Shown: piece after piece, positions 15,241 through 27,605 of the stretch
Layout of the letters: each line of letters opens with the position of its first letter
Numbering within the stretch: position 1 is the stretch's first letter
Source: the human T2T-CHM13v2.0 reference genome, Homo sapiens
DNA: 64,000 nt
Reading direction: 5' to 3' (one strand)
Assembly: GCF_009914755.1 (NCBI RefSeq)
Contig: NC_060938.1
The notes under the pieces: generated by a model
The model's database searches: none
Seen by the model: only the letters and a program-made list of their open reading frames with translations
What the model was told of the DNA's origin: nothing
Translations under genes and position numbers: made by a program

Positions 15241-16244
15241 AAATCAGTATGGGAACTTGTTTAGAGTTCTTGCCTGGCCTCAGAGAGGCTGGGTTCACAG
15301 GAGCAAAGGAGATGGAAAAGTTGGACCAAATGTCTATATCCTAAATCAAAAGCCTCCACTTTCATGTTAATAATCTAGGGCTCTCCCACAAAATGTCACT
15401 TCATTGATCATTTCTGTATGCTATGTAGAAACGATCAGAAAACCATACTGGAAATTGCTCATAGTACCATGGGTTGGAGTGATGCTTTCTCTTTCACCTT
15501 TCTGGGATTATTCTGAGGAAAAGGTAGTACTAGATCAGTGCGGTACTTAAGTTATCTTAAAACTTATTTACATGTACTAGTTACTCCCTTTCAGTGGAAG
15601 ATATTTAGATGAAATATTGAACTGTTTTGCTATACAGCAAGTATCTTCCTAAAGAAATTTCAAATGTGGCTTTAAGGAGAATAAATATTTTTTAAAAAAA
15701 GATAACACAAAGTAAAATATAAGATCTCCTTCCCCAGAAAAAACTTAAGGATTATAAAGGTCAGTAATATATTTTTGTGATTTGAGTATGACTTTTTGGA
15801 TATAATCATAGAATATATCTGTTTTAAAATATTATTTTGCAAATTGTGATAGTTTCACAATTTGTAAATGCACACATACACACTTATGTATGTGGTTATA
15901 TAATTAGTGCCAGTTTACCTTCTAGACCATAAGCTCTGTGAACGTAGGGACTATATCTGACTTGTTTACCCACTGTATTCCCAGTGCCTGGTATTAGGTA
16001 CTCAATAAATATCTGTGAGTGAATATTCAAAGAGGTGCAGTGTAATTATGATGGTACATATTTGTTTTTATCCCAGGAAAATGCCTTTTTAAAAAAAATT
16101 AATATTTCAGTTATTAAGTATTCAGGTTATAAATTTAGATGTTGTTTTAAGAAAGTACTAATGTCTGTATATAAAAATGTGATTGAAAAGATTCTATGAA
16201 TTATGAAATCATATATGCAACTGTTTGCCAGTTTGTGAAATTAA

Positions 16245-16542
<298 letters not shown>

Positions 16543-16638
16543 TGAAATTAAAATTTTTAAATAATTGGAGAAATGGTCCCAATAAAGCAGAGTAAGAGCA
16601 AAATCCACCTAATACAATTGGTTAAAGAAGCCACTTGT

Positions 16639-16941
<303 letters not shown>

Positions 16942-19898
16942 TCATTGTATTAGTACCACAGTATGTGGCTCTAGGTATTTGCACACATGGAACTCTGCAC
17001 CTTCCATCTGTAAAGATGACCGGTAGAAATGGCAGAGCTAAGGGACAAAAGTCTGAGGCTGGTGGAGACTTAATCACCTTAATCAGTGATTACGACGGTG
17101 GGGAATGCAACTCACTTCCAGACATTCTAGAATCTTTGGAATCCACAGTGCTCTGCAGGAGGAAGCAGGAGCCTCTTGAAAAACTTACCACCAAACTTCA
17201 TGGAATCACCCTGGCCTTCTTCAACAAAAACCTCTTTAACAGCACTAAAACACAGCTAAAAGGTAACCTTTTCATGTAGGATGGTTTATTTGGTAGTGTT
17301 TGGTTGTGCACCAGAGAGGATGGAAGGAGTTGTTTCATAGCCTTTCAAACAAGACCAGCATTGTCAAACATTTGCTGTTTCTTCTGCTATTCCCCTATTC
17401 CCTTCTGCCCTCAAAAGATGTTTAAAATTTTCAGGGCCATGATGTTGCCCCATTTTGCTACCACGCTTCTTTTTTCTTGATCTTTTGTTTCAATGTCTGC
17501 TTTCTTTCCCCTGTGTGCTCACTGAAGCCTGATTGTGGGGTCAAGCTATAATTAGTTTATATATGAAGTTTAATTCACTGTGGCTTTTTTGGCATTAGAC
17601 TCAAATGGGCTTTGATGTCTGGCTGGGGCTTTGATCCCAGACCCTCGAATGGTGGTCATCTCTCCAGCTCAAAGGATTGCCCTTTACTCTTTTCCTCCTA
17701 TTCGGAGACAGCTTTTCCCAATTACATCATTTGTGTTTGTTTGGCCATAAAAGCTGCAAGGCATCATTTTGTTGCTTTGCTTGATGGCAAAATGTGCAAC
17801 TGATGCCCCTTACTTTGCTTGGCTGCAATAGAATGTTCACCGCTGGACAAGGCATTTGTAGAATGATGCTCAGACTTTGGTGGGGGTGCTGTTAGGAGCT
17901 GTTCTGCCTAAGGACAAAGCATCAGACTGTGTGATATGAGGGACATGTTCTGGCTCTGCCCAGGAAAGATCTTCAAGCATAAGTTAACACCACTGTAATA
18001 TATTCAGCCAAGACTCTTTTTCATGCTGGCAACTTTATCTTACTCTCCAGATCATCCAGGCAGCAGGTCCACCCCATCGTTAGTGGTACACTTTCTGAGT
18101 GTCAATTAACAGTTTTTCTGAGCAGACAGGCGTGTCCAGGGAAAGCAAAAGAACCAACTAGGGCTGAACAACATTAGAAAGGAGATAATGAAATAGCACT
18201 AGTGGAGGAAGAAGTACCAGCACCTGCTTTAAAAAGAAAGGGAAAGAAAAATCAAAACAGTAGGGGGAAGTGAGATTCCGTTGGCAACAGAAGGGAGCAG
18301 TAGGCGATCACTTTCAACTGCTTCCGGAATACCTGCAACAAAAACAAAGAATCAAAGAGGAAAGAAAATCCAGGCAACTAGACTGGAGGGGAGAAAATTT
18401 GGCTGCTAGCTTAAAAAGAGAATAGGGGCAACCCAGCCTGTCTCACTTAATCTGATGACATTGGGAGTTTTCCTGGAAAAACAATTACAGCATTGAGCTC
18501 CTTGCTTCTAACTTCATTTGACAGCCTGAGTTTGTTTTAATTGGCATGTGAATGAACAGCATTATTTATTAATGTGTAATGGATACTTTGGAAAGCATAA
18601 CCTTTTTTCCTATTCGTGACCATTTTATTGGCGGAACCATCTGAATATATTAGTTTTAATATTTAAACTTGCTGAGAACACTTTTTCATGGAGATATACA
18701 AGCTGTTACGGCAAATGGCTTGCTTTGGACTAATGAGCCAGCTCAAAGTGGCATTTGGTGAGGAGGGGGGTTGGGAGGGTGGGGAGGTTTGGAGACATAG
18801 CGAGCTTGTCTGCCTGACTTAAGATTTATTAGTAGTGTGTAAAAATGTGTTTCAGCTTTTTTTCCCCCTCAACTATACAAATATAGTTGTCGATGTGTGA
18901 CATAACACAGGCCACAATAATAGACTCCACCCAGTCAGAGGAATCTAATTCAGAGCTGGAAAGCAAGAAGCTTGTTTAGAAATGAGCAGAATGAAACAAT
19001 GACAGAGGACATGGGTGAGTGGCATTTGGCAAGCAGGATAAGTCACTATCCTTTCGTGCCTTACTAAAATTAGGGAGGAAAATTAGTTCCTATATTATAA
19101 AGTAGTGTTTGGCAACAGCAGGCATAAAGAATAGATAACCTGAAGAGAATCGATTTTGTATGCTTATGAACACCTGACCATAATTCCATTTTTAGAGCTA
19201 ATATACAACCTTGTTAATTATGAATCAAGTTTGTAGTTCTTTCATGTCTGTGGGAGGCAGCAATGGGGAGGAAAGTGAAAGGTGGCAAGGGAGTTCTTTT
19301 GTTTTTGTTTTTTGGTAAATGTCAACTTAATTCTATTTGTAGTAGAGATTAAATGGGTACTATTAAGTTTAAAAGTATGCTAATGAAAAAACAATTTACA
19401 ACCAATCTACATTCTCGAGTCTCTCTCTAGCAATTGTCAGGTGAATGCTTGCAAGGTAATGTGCTGAATACAGCGATACTAAGAGGGTATTAAAACAGTC
19501 CCTGCCTTCAGGAAGCTTTCATAATGTAGATGGAGAGAAGAGATACACATAAACACCTACGTAGATAGATATGCGTGTGCACACCCAGATAAATAACCAT
19601 ACAGGTAGCATGGGATCAGAATCAGATATTTATATAGTTAACTGGAGCTCAAAGGTTGGAAGGGTGGTTAGACCACACAGAGAGGGGAGGAAAGAAGAGG
19701 AATTCCTAGCACGGGTAAGCAGATGGGCAAAAGTGCAAGTGTCTGAAATAATGATATAGGATGCACTCTTTCACACAACACTTTGCCTGAACTTCAGCAA
19801 TTGTGACTTGCTGGATTGAATTTCCGAGGTTCTTGGATGTACTGCTTTTAAAGATATATGTGGTACTTTTCCATAGATAAGCCAGCTAGTGGAATTTT

Positions 19899-19941
19899 CA
19901 GACCCCTATCCCACCGGAAATTTCAGTGGGATAGGGGTCTG
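19899..19941. repeat. Perfect 16-bp inverted repeat
   Basis: CAGACCCCTATCCCAC (19899-19914), 11-nt loop, GTGGGATAGGGGTCTG (19926-19941). Confidence 0.95.
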
Positions 19942-20039
19942 GAGTAGTGTGTTCCAAGCAGAGATGACCAATACATGATACTTCAAGAGGGAAGACTTAT
20001 AAATCCCTCTGGAGAAAAGCTACAACTCATATCACCTTT

Positions 20040-20260
20040 ACTATCTATGTGCTAGCCACGTTGTAAGTGCACAGCCCCCACAATATATAGCATATGCTGC
20101 ATACTATTATAATTCTTCAACAGCAGGTTCCCATAGCAGCTGCTCCCTTTTACAGTGGGGGGAACGTACACAGAGAAGGGAGTAAGTTGCCCGCACAGCT
20201 ATTTAGGGGTGAAACTGGGATACAAATCCAGACAGTCTGATTTCTGAGTCAGAGCTCTTA
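20040..20260. mobile_element. MIR-like SINE
   Basis: cccttttacagtggggggaac...agtaagttgccc...ctgggatacaaatccagacagtctga resembles the MIR core. Confidence 0.5.
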
Positions 20261-21187
20261 TTGTAAACGCAGACTAAGTAATAATAAAAGCTCAAACAAA
20301 AACCAAAGCGCGCACGCGCGCGCACTCAAATCGTAGGCTTGTAAAAGAATTGATGCAACCTCTCGCTATACAACGACATCCTCCTGCCTAATTTTAAATG
20401 CCGTCCATCGTAAGACCGACGTTAAAAAATTAAAACGACAACAAAACTTAAGTTTTAGAACACTGCATTGTGCTCTGTATTGCTTGCCTTTACAAAGTGG
20501 AGTTAAGGAACCAACCCCACAGTGTCTGTGAATACACTTGCAATACCTTGCTTGGGAAGTGAAAGAAACCTAACTCGGTGTGAGTGGAAATGAGGAGTGG
20601 CCGTGTGGGGAAAGGGTTAAGACTGTGCTGCAACTTGGTCGAGTTTCAGAAAGTTCTCCGGAGAGCCCAACTGCCGCGTCCCGTCGCGGCCCCTGCCTGC
20701 GCGGCCGACTGTAACAGGATGCTGGGGCTCCAGGCGCTCGCCCCGAGCTTTGGGCGACGAGAAAGAGCCAATGAGGAGCGAGGGCAAAATCGGGTGCAGT
20801 AAACCCGAAAAGGGGGCGAGGAGGCCCGCGAAGAGAGCGGGGGAGGAGGCGGGGAGGGGCGAGGAGGGGCGGGGAGGGCCGAGCGAGGAGGAGGCGGCTC
20901 TGGGGGCCGGGCGGCGCGCCTGACAGAGGAGGGGAAGCCTGGGGGCGCAAGCGTCGCAGCCGAGGGGCCGGCGCGGGGAGGCGGGCGCCAGGCGGGGGTT
21001 TGCAGGGCCGCCGCGCGTGACGTAGCGCCGGGCAGGGCGTTATCAGCTGCCGGGCCGCGGCGAGGGACGCGCGGCGACAGCGGACGGCGCTGCCCGGGCC
21101 GGGACAGCAGCAGCCGGCGGTCGCGCGCAGGACTCGAGGGCTTCTAGCCACCGTCCCCGCCAGCGCCGCGCCCCGCCACAGGGCGGC

Positions 21188-21253
21188 ATGAGCCCACCCG
21201 CGGCCGCAGCCCTAGCGCCCTGCTCCTCCGCCTGGGCGGCCCGGCTGCGGTGA
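21188..21253 (+). other. Upstream ORF in DACT1 5' UTR (21 aa)
   Basis: ggcATGa at 21188, [24 protein letters not shown] 21251-21253; out of frame with the main ATG. Depends on the TSS lying upstream of 21188. Confidence 0.6.
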
Positions 21254-21279
21254 CGGCTCTCGCTGCCCGACTGGGGGCC

Positions 21280-21624
21280 ATGAAGCCGAGTCCGGCCGGG
21301 ACGGCGAAGGAGCTGGAGCCTCCGGCGCCGGCCCGAGGCGAGCAGCGCACGGCGGAGCCCGAGGGGCGCTGGCGGGAGAAGGGCGAGGCAGACACCGAGC
21401 GGCAGCGCACCCGGGAGCGGCAGGAGGCCACGCTGGCCGGGCTGGCGGAGCTGGAGTACCTGCGCCAGCGCCAAGAGCTGCTGGTCAGGGGCGCCCTGCG
21501 CGGCGCCGGGGGTGCGGGAGCCGCTGCGCCCCGCGCTGGGGAGCTACTGGGGGAGGCGGCGCAGCGCAGTCGCCTGGAGGAGAAGTTCTTGGAGGAGAAC
21601 ATCTTGCTGCTAAGAAAGCAATTG
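21280..21624 (+). CDS. DACT1: DACT1 coding exon 1 (115 codons; start of leucine zipper/coiled coil)
   Basis: ATG at 21280 in ggggccATGa context; reads MKPSPAG...[12 protein letters not shown]; donor TTG|gtaggt at 21625, phase 0. Confidence 0.96.
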
Positions 21625-22656
21625 GTAGGTCGTGCCCGAAGGTGGAGCACGGCTGTTCCTGCCCAGGGGCTGGAGGTCGGGCAGGTGGCCTGGGGCGGGC
21701 GCGAGGTTGACTCTGGCTGGGGAGATGCTCGCTGTTATGGGACGCCCCCGACCGCCCCATACCTCCCTGATCCCCTTCCTGAGTGCCCGCGGCGTGTGGG
21801 CTGCCGACGCCCACGCGTTTCTGGCGTGTGCCCGCTTTGTGTCTGGCGACCTCGCGCGGATTGCGGGAAGGGGGTGGCCGCTCTTCCCTCCTCCTCTGCC
21901 TTCGGGATTCTTGGAGTCGCCTAGTTCTAACGTTCGGTCTCCTTAGTTAGATGAGTATATGCCCTCTCCCCAGCGGTTTGCAAACTCCCACTTAAAATAC
22001 CATTTTATTTGGAGGTTTTCTTGACTTTATCTCCTCCCGCCGAGAGGGGCCAAAAGCCAAGGAGGGGGTTTGTGGCGTGCTTAACTGTCCAGGGCCGAGT
22101 TTTACGATTACACTGGAGCGCCTGTAGGGAGCCGTGCCTCTCCGAGAGCTCTCCCCAGCATGCCAGCTTTCACCCAGGCTGGTGCTTAATTTCAAATAGA
22201 AGCCCTTTGTATAAGGCAGCTCAAACTAGATGGAAATGATGGAAATTTGGCTGGAGACTGTGTCCCCTCCTCTCATATTTTATACGTTCTGCCAGCTGTG
22301 ATTGGTGGTGGAGGTGGGAGAAAAGAGAACCTGCTCTCGGTAAGCATTTATCTTACTGGGTTTCTGTCAGTGTCTCAGTCTTTCTATGCAGTCTTCATTA
22401 ATGGGGAAGAAAAAGAACTTTGTAGCTTAATGTATTGATGAACAGCTTTTGACCCCGCCTCAGAATAATGGCGACAGCTTTGTTTTCAGTGACCTTAAAA
22501 TGTAGTTTTGGAAACAGCAAACGTCCTCACCTGACCAAGTGATACTATCTAAACTAGACACATGCCAGGTAGTGGCCCTCCCACAATAAAGTGGTGATGC
22601 TGTGCAGTTGTCATGTGTTTTCTTCTATTATCTCTTTTCAGATCATTTCTTTTCTC

Positions 22657-22673
22657 TGTGTGTGTGTGTGTGT
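22657..22673 (+). repeat. (TG)8 microsatellite in intron 1
   Basis: Direct reading. Confidence 0.85.
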
Positions 22674-23157
22674 TTTTAAGCACCAAAGTGCTTTTACTTG
22701 ATAGGTTCATTTTTCCTGAAGAAATTAATTGTAGCAAACAAACATACAATTTATGTCTCCAAGCTTTTTAAGTCAAAAGACAAGAGGCGTAGATATTCAT
22801 ATGCATGTGTTTTGTAAGGATGTACACTGTGGTTTGTGTAATATCTCTGTTTTGGCATTTTACTGTGCTGCTTCGGTCACAGACCAGATTCCTATGTAAT
22901 TCATTTGAGCCAGTTCTCACTGGTTATGGCTGGTGACTTTTACATTTTATTGTTTTGTGCAATTGCACCTTTTTGTCTGCATGAATCTCAAGATTGTAAG
23001 TGGCGCATTCCTATTGTCCGCTTGAGGGGAGCAAAGCAGTATGTCAAGAGAATTCCAGTCCAGTCAGTATTTATGGTACTATTTTCATTTGTAGACTTGG
23101 CATTCATGATTTGAACCAGATGCTTTTTGAGTTCTCCCGTTTTTCCAGCAATAGGAA

Positions 23158-23173
23158 GCACTAGGTGGCAGTG
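23158..23173 (+). promoter_or_regulatory. Candidate CTCF site in intron 1
   Basis: GCACTAGGTGGCAGTG matches the core CCASYAGRKGGCRS at 13 of 14 positions. Confidence 0.6.
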
Positions 23174-23810
23174 TGAGTTAGCACAATCCATCTGTCACCT
23201 TTGGAAACCCAAAGGCGTTCAAATCTCGATGGGCCTTCCCATGAGGGTTTTGGATTCTGCCAGCTCACATTATACTTGGCACTGGCTATTAGTATTAGTT
23301 TCTCACTTTCAAAGGCTCTAAGACTGATTAAACCCCACAAAGCAACTAATAGAAAACAAAACTCTGCAGGCCAAGACATTTGGCCAGAAAATCTCACCTA
23401 AGATTATAGTGTATTATAGGAAATCTCTTACTCTCATTTCAAATTAAAGAGTCTACTGTGAAGTATTGTTTTTTAAAAGACTGGTTATACACCAGATGAT
23501 TTAAAGTCTCAGTCCATTTTTCTTGTCCCTATCTATGAAAAGTCAGTTTGTATATATTAGTTGAAACTAAAAACAAGTCTTGTTTTTATGAAGAAACTTT
23601 ATATCACCACAAAATGTGAGAAAGTGGAATTAAACATAGGACATATTCTTGAATTCTCGAAGTTTTTCGTTACTTCAGGTCATCCAGTAAAATTTTGGTT
23701 TTCTAAGTTTAGTGAACTCTTCAGATGGGTAATTTGAATCCTTAGAGTAGACTTTCTGGTTCTTTTGTCACCCCTGTATGTTCATGTTTCCTTTGTTTCT
23801 TCCTAATCAG

Positions 23811-23943
23811 AACTGTTTGAGGCGAAGAGATGCTGGTTTGTTGAATCAGTTGCAAGAGCTTGACAAGCAGATAAGTGACCTGAGACTGGATGTAGAAAAG
23901 ACATCTGAAGAGCACCTGGAGACAGACAGTCGGCCTAGCTCAG
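23811..23943 (+). CDS. DACT1: DACT1 coding exon 2 (133 nt)
   Basis: Pyrimidine tract and acceptor tcctaatcag|AAC; reads [44 protein letters not shown]; donor CAG|gtgagt. Not in the ORF track but in frame with exon 1. Confidence 0.95.
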
Positions 23944-24666
23944 GTGAGTGATTGAGCACAAGGACAGAATTCTGCACTCTTGAGTTGTATCTCAGCCCCT
24001 TGTGGTTAACATTCCCAGACCTGCAAATGGCAATGGAGTTTGTTTCCAGTGCAGAGAGGATAAACAAAAAAGAAGTCTGCCATTCAGTTTTATCGGAATA
24101 AGAGGGAAATAAACTCAGACAACAAAATTTTTAGTAATGAGATCAATGTGATTGGAGTCCCCCAAGTTTAAAAATAAAAGCTATTCAAATTTCTGCAAGA
24201 GGTGCCCTCCTTTGAAACTTGAGTAAGTCAGAACTGGGCTAGAAAATTAGTCACACTTCAACTTCCTGAGACCACTTCAAAAGTTTTTTTTTTTTTTCTT
24301 TTAAACCATTTGGGCTCCTTAGATTTTTCTCTTATTATTGTTCTGAAACAATCATGATAAAGATGAGGCTTGACAGATCTAAGTTTCTTTCCTTGGACAT
24401 GTTCAAAGGCGGGGTCAAGGAATAAGGTCAATTTGAGGGTGAGGGTAACTCTGAAATGTACCCCTAGTTATGGGCTCTTTGCCTTTTCCTAAGGATTGTT
24501 TGAAATAAGACCATAAGATTAGGACACCAAAGTCCAATGAATCAAAATTGGCCAAAAAACAAACAAAAAATCTCCTTTTCCTAAATGATTATTCATTTTC
24601 CTGTTAAGCGTGAATATGCATTATTTCTTGACATGATGTTAATTCCAACGGTGTTTTTATTTGTAG

Positions 24667-24822
24667 GGTTTTATGAGCTGAGTGATGGGGCTTCAGGATC
24701 CCTTTCCAATTCCTCTAACTCGGTGTTCAGTGAGTGTTTATCCAGTTGTCATTCCAGCACCTGCTTTTGCAGCCCCTTGGAGGCGACCTTGAGTCTCTCA
24801 GATGGTTGCCCCAAATCTGCAG
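24667..24822 (+). CDS. DACT1: DACT1 coding exon 3 (156 nt, Ser-rich)
   Basis: Acceptor ttttatttgtag|GG; reads (G)[51 protein letters not shown]; donor CAG|gtaaga; phase 1 at both ends. Confidence 0.95.
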
Positions 24823-25184
24823 GTAAGAATTTTTAGCACTGATAGAAATTTTTAATTGGAAGGCATCAAGGGCCCTTAAAAGGTTATTTGGCTCCAGCAC
24901 CTTTCACTGGTGGAAAAATGAAGGTTCATCACTTTGCGGCATTTAGTGCCATACTTACATCTAGAACTCAGTTTCATCTAGGTGAGTATCTAGAACTATT
25001 CCAGTACCCTTTGGGTGCTACTTGGTTATATATTCTGATAGCAGCAAGACACTTTATCTCTAGAAATCCTGTCCCAATATTGTAGGTCTTGAGCTCTGTT
25101 TCTGAGCCTTTGCTGTTAGGTTGTCTGTATTTTCTTTCATTTTGGAACTGTTTTCTTCTTTTAATTATGTAAAGCTAAAACTCA

Positions 25185-25781
<597 letters not shown>

Positions 25782-27301
25782 GTCTAACACTCACATTAAG
25801 TTAAATATGTCCATCAGCCTGGCCAAGAACTGGTTGGCACTTCAGGGAGCAATGGCCCTTTCATGTTCTCCAGAATGTTCTGCATGATGGCAGCTTGTTT
25901 TTTCTTTTAAGTGGGTGCCCACATGCCATTATTCCTTATTTTGGGATATCTTTGCAATGACCCCCAGAAGGAATCATGCTATTGTACTAGAAGAGTTTCT
26001 GCATTTCCAGTATGTGTCACACACTACTGGATGCTCTGTATGTATTTATCTCCAATGAATCCTCCCAATAGTCGTGCACAGTACAGGTCTTGTTAGCTCC
26101 ATTTTATGTATTAAAAAAATGAGTCCTAGTAAGGTTACATATGTTATTTAAGGCTCTATAGATGGTGAGTGGCAGAGGCAGAAGTTAAGCTCAGGCCTAA
26201 CTGCCAGGTCCACGTTTTTCATCATCCCAAGGGAATTCAGAAATTGTTGTTTTCAACCTTCTCATCTAACAGAAGAGGAATTTTGGCTTATAAGCTAATT
26301 GTCAGAGGTTCTCCATCTGCTGAATGGCAGGGTTGCTGCTGGAACTCAAGACTCCTTCCTTAGTCCTATTACATTGTGAATTCTTATAAGAGTAGAGAAA
26401 ATATGAAGATTAGAATTGCTCTGGGTCCTGGGCACAAGTCATCACACTCCTGGTTTGTCTGTGTTCTCCACTTGGGTATAAGCCTGAATTTTTGAGTCCA
26501 GGCAAGGCAAACAACACTGAGCAGCTGAGGGAGCTAATTGGCTGGTGTCTTCATATCTGTGTGTTGTCAGCAGCAATCATTTGAGGAAGCACAGAACTGT
26601 GTTATCTAGAGGGTCTGGGCCTCAAGTTCATTGGTAATTGCTCCCCTTCATTCCACAGATCTGGTTTCAGAGGGAAACTTTATAAACCCATTAAAGGCAC
26701 TTTGGTTTAGGTTTTCCTTCAAGACAGACCCGTGCTCTTCCAAATGCCACTTCCTCACATAATTGAGACAGTTGCACCAGGCCTTGGGGGCTAGGATATC
26801 TGTTTTGTTCAACTCTAAAGAGGGAAAAGGGATGAATAGTGAAGTGTTTGTCAGTGTGGCTTTAAGTAAGGCAAAGATAGGGCTTACGTTGCTGGGAGAG
26901 GAAGGATGGGGAAGGATGTTAGCTAGAGAGGTTTCCTTTTAGAACAAGCTCTTTATTGGGGGGGGTCATGTGGGTGGGGACATGGCACTTTTGTTTTATT
27001 ATGTTTTCTTTACATATCATCTCTGGGTCTAGACTATTTTTTCCCTGAGACCGCTAATTATCATTGAAGTTTATGGAGCTTTCTCAACATAGAATCAGGC
27101 ACATATAGGTTCTCAGTATTTGAATGAATAAATACAATGGAGGACAAATTATTACTGATAAACTCAACTTTAATTTTCTCTGATAACTGAAGGTCATTAA
27201 ATGGATTTGTTATTTATAATATTCACCAACTTAAGAGATCAAAATCCTTTAAGACAGCAAGCTTGATTTTGCTGTACTTTGGCATCTACATTTTCAAGAT
27301 A

Positions 27302-27470
27302 TGGGAAATTTATCCATTAATATTACCACATGATCTTTTAAAATATTACCAAGAATTCTTTATCCTATTAAAAAAACATTTTTGACAAGTGGGAAATTTA
27401 TCCATTAATACTACCACTCAATCTTTTAAAATCTTATCAAGAATTCTTTATCATATTAAAAAAGTTTTTT
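27302..27470 (+). repeat. Diverged tandem duplication, period about 88 bp
   Basis: tgggaaatttatccattaata...caagaattctttatc recurs at 27302 and 27390. Confidence 0.88.
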
Positions 27471-27480
27471 TAAATTAAAA

Positions 27481-27605
27481 ATTTTGTTGTAGAGAGATGG
27501 AGTCTCACTGTTGCCCAGGCTGGTCTCGAACTCCTGGGCCTAAGCGATCCTCTGGCCTCAGCCTTTTGGTGTTAGGATTGCAGGCGTGAGCCATCATACC
27601 TGGCC
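27481..27605 (-). mobile_element. FLAM / Alu monomer
   Basis: Single antisense left-arm-like monomer. Confidence 0.8.

Larger units (their letters stand above)
20620..21950. promoter_or_regulatory. CpG-island promoter of DACT1
   Basis: Very GC- and CpG-rich. NF-Y-type agCCAATgag (CCAAT 20768-20772), Sp/KLF GC boxes 20839-20878, CRE-like TGACGTAG 21018-21025, no clear TATA box. Confidence 0.9.

Noticed and set aside
20570-21814. Several 100-190 aa antisense ORFs over the promoter and exon 1
   Set aside because: Low stop-codon frequency in a CpG island; Ala/Pro/Arg-rich with no recognisable domain.
21625-21924. C-terminal part of the 224-aa ORF
   Set aside because: Read-through into GC-rich intron 1 past a good donor; the DACT1 protein continues in exon 2.
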